From assembly GCF_030684315.1 (NCBI RefSeq), contig NC_081391.1:20048629-20112628 (forward strand): a stretch of DNA of 64,000 bases, given 5' to 3'. This stretch comes from Stegostoma tigrinum (lineage: Eukaryota). Positions 61,404-64,000 of this stretch are shown piece after piece. The position numbers were made by a program, and so were the translations under genes. How positions within the stretch are numbered: position 1 is the first letter of the stretch; each line of letters opens with the position of its first letter. The notes under the pieces were generated by a model, which did not search any database, was not told where the DNA came from, and worked only from the letters and a program-made list of their open reading frames with translations.

Positions 61404-63191
61404 TCAGCTCAGGCTGAGCCTGTCGAACAGATACTCTCCTTTGCCCTTCTGAGGGGCTCCCAGTCTCTTCAGGTTGGTGATGTGATCTCCAAGCTTCTTG
61501 ATCATCTTCACTTGCTCATCCAAGTAGTGCCTCTCCAGGAAGTCACACAGCTGGAAGACAAGACAAGTTAGTTGAGTCCATTGAAGACATATGGAAGTGA
61601 CCCTTAATTCAGATTTAACAAATCACCACCATGTTGAGGGAGAGGGGCACTCTGGTGATGCGTTTGGACTGTTGTAGATTTAACAGTCTGCAGGAGGCAG
61701 TTATGAGATAATTGTATTCCCCCTCCCCCCAGGAGTAGACAAACAGATCACTTTCAGGTTGGAAACATTCATCTTTCCTGTAATTTCAAAGTCATCCTGG
61801 TAGTTTGTTGCTCTAAAGGCCATCAGCCCTACATGCTGAATTTAGCAGTGAAAGGCCAGGGAGCTTCTTGGAGAGAAAGTGAGGAACTCACATGAGGGTC
61901 TGTGTGGCCAGAGGAGAGTTTGTGCAGATCCAGCAGACTCCGGTTCACATCCTTCTCCATCTGCTGAGCTCCCTGCATTTCCTCCAGACCATTGCCATGG
62001 TCAGCCTTCTGAAGTGGCAGCGTGGGGGTGGATGGTAAGAGACAAGACACATCACTTAAAACGCAAGAAACCAGTGAAAAAAGCAACAAGATCTCCATCC
62101 CATTAAGAGAGTGTACAACAGCCAAGAGATTATATCCAAAGCATTAAAATGAAATAATGTTCTAGGCTTAAAGAGGTCTTCATCAGGACAAGATCACATT
62201 CCATTAAACCCAACCTTGATGTCCTACAGGAGGACCCAGCACCCACATTCATTCTGGAATGCCATCAGTTTCTCAGCTGTTCCCATTCCTTCAAGGAGTA
62301 GTCCCATGAGAACTCAGCAAAGTGACACAGGGCAACATCTTCCCAGTAAAAGTGAAAGGATTGTAAACAGGGAAACCCATTGGGGTTTGCTGTTAAAGAT
62401 CCTTCTCTACTTGAAATGCTTCTTCAGTCAGGCCTGCAGGTTCTGGAAGGGAAAGCCTCCCTTGTCAATCACAACAAAAACAACACCAGAATATGTGGAG
62501 GCTCTTTCCTTGTAAAGCAGGAGGGAAGGGAAACAAGCATCTTCCTACAAGTTGGGGGGGGGGGGGGGGGGGCGGCGGCGTGAATATTTCATACTTGACT
62601 CCAAATATTAAGCATTAAATGACACCTCATCATTCTGAAAGGCCATATGGTTTAGTGAAAATGGCTCAGCTTCAGTGAGGAAACCTTCCAACACAGAACA
62701 GAGTTCCCCACTCTGAAGTGAACTTACAAAGTTTACTAGTAAAGTATTGACAGCAAATAGACCCAGAGATTGAGAGTGTTCCTTCCTCTGGGATTGGAGG
62801 TCTTGGGTCACATATGTTCTAGAAGTAAGAGATCAGGTCTCTGGGCAGATTGACTTACTCTAACTATTCAATAGAATAAATCCAATTACATTGAACAAAA
62901 GAAAAACAAACAGACTTCTCAGGTCAGACATCAAGATCAAACCATTGAAAGATTATTCACTTCTCAACGTCAGGGGAAGGCCACAGAAGATTCTAACATG
63001 AATTGAATGATGCAGAGAGATCCTACACCCACAATACAAGGAGACCACAGCTTTAAATCTGAAATAAATCCAGAGAACACCACAATCACCATGGAGAGAT
63101 AAACATGGGAGAAAGAAAGCACCAGGTTGATCTGCTTGTTAACAACACCCTCACAGTCCTTGTGGTAGCTCTGATGCACCTGGGAGGCCAT
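61404..63191 (-). pseudogene. Ferritin pseudogene C3
   Basis: Exon 1 63090-63191 (E27V). Exon 2 ~62215-62360 has a TAG, indels and a 22-nt inversion. Exon 3 61892-62008 has a 9-nt deletion. Exon 4 61404-61550 is full length. Confidence 0.93.
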
Positions 63192-64000
63192 CCTCACTAT
63201 TGCTGCTCACAATCACTTGGACAACTCTAGAACTGAGTCTCCCTCCCACAAGCTCTTGTATTTATACTCCAGAGACCATCCTGCACCAACCAGGGAATGA
63301 CATCACTAACAATGATTGACAATCTCTGACAGCCAATCAGGAATCTGCAAGAACCCAGTCACCAATGAACAGAGGAGGAGGAGAGTGGGGCAATGTGCTC
63401 AGACCCAGAGTCAATCAGAGATTTGGGTAACAGTCAGGTTGAGATTATTATTCTGTGATAACGAGAGCACTCAGCCTCTCAAACCTGTTCCCCAATTCAA
63501 CTGGATCGGTGCGAGTCTGAGTCTTCATTTAATACCTTTGCCTGGGTTCTGCATCGCATCATATTGCGAACTAACACAGCTCAACAAATCAGTTTCGAAA
63601 TGTCCCAGTGGCTTGCAGAATGTTGGGAGTGATAATGTAATGTTTGAGATTAAGCATCATCACTGATTACCATAGCTTTGATCTGAAGATTATTCCCCCT
63701 TTTCCAGGATTACTTCGCCACAGGAAACAGTACATTGTCTAACGGCACGATTAGATCCATTAATAATCCAAAGTACCTGGATAATATTCGTTCTCGAGTC
63801 TTCCACACTCTTGCAAGGACAAGGCTAGTTGATGTAAACTGTATTCATAACGTAACCAGCTTGGGGCTGAGAAAATGCTGGTGAATCTGTGCTAAGGTCC
63901 CTCAAATAACCCTGTCAGAGCTCAGCACAGCGCTCCAAATGTGCTCTGATGCCACGTCTATGCTGTTGTATTACAACACATGCTGTTTTGTTGTCCAGCC

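Overview
Vertebrate genomic DNA, almost certainly from an elasmobranch (shark): it carries HE1/V-SINE-like and SacSINE-like tRNA-SINEs, CR1 LINEs and Penelope-like elements. The whole window is a head-to-tail segmental duplication with units starting at about 1, 21308, 44997 and 63984. These units carry a minus-strand cluster of four-exon ferritin genes (173 aa, ferroxidase-positive, heavy-B/middle-subunit-like). There are 10 ferritin loci of four intron-defined types, which I label A-D. Four have intact ORFs (3795-6890, 10932-13089, 37249-39567, 54851-56834). Three carry a single lesion: a nonsense codon, a +1 frameshift and a -2 frameshift. Three are C-type pseudogenes, one of them truncated. 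There are also three inverted orphan exon-3 relics. Main points of interest: no iron-responsive element lies between the TATA box and the ATG of any copy; exons are near-identical between paralogs whose introns cannot be aligned; two genes are chimeras with breakpoints inside exons; two micro-inversions are present; one deletion is associated with a Penelope fragment; and the Penelope termini contain hammerhead-ribozyme-like motifs. Nearly all other ORFs in the track are retroelement debris or spurious. I see no prokaryotic-type system.
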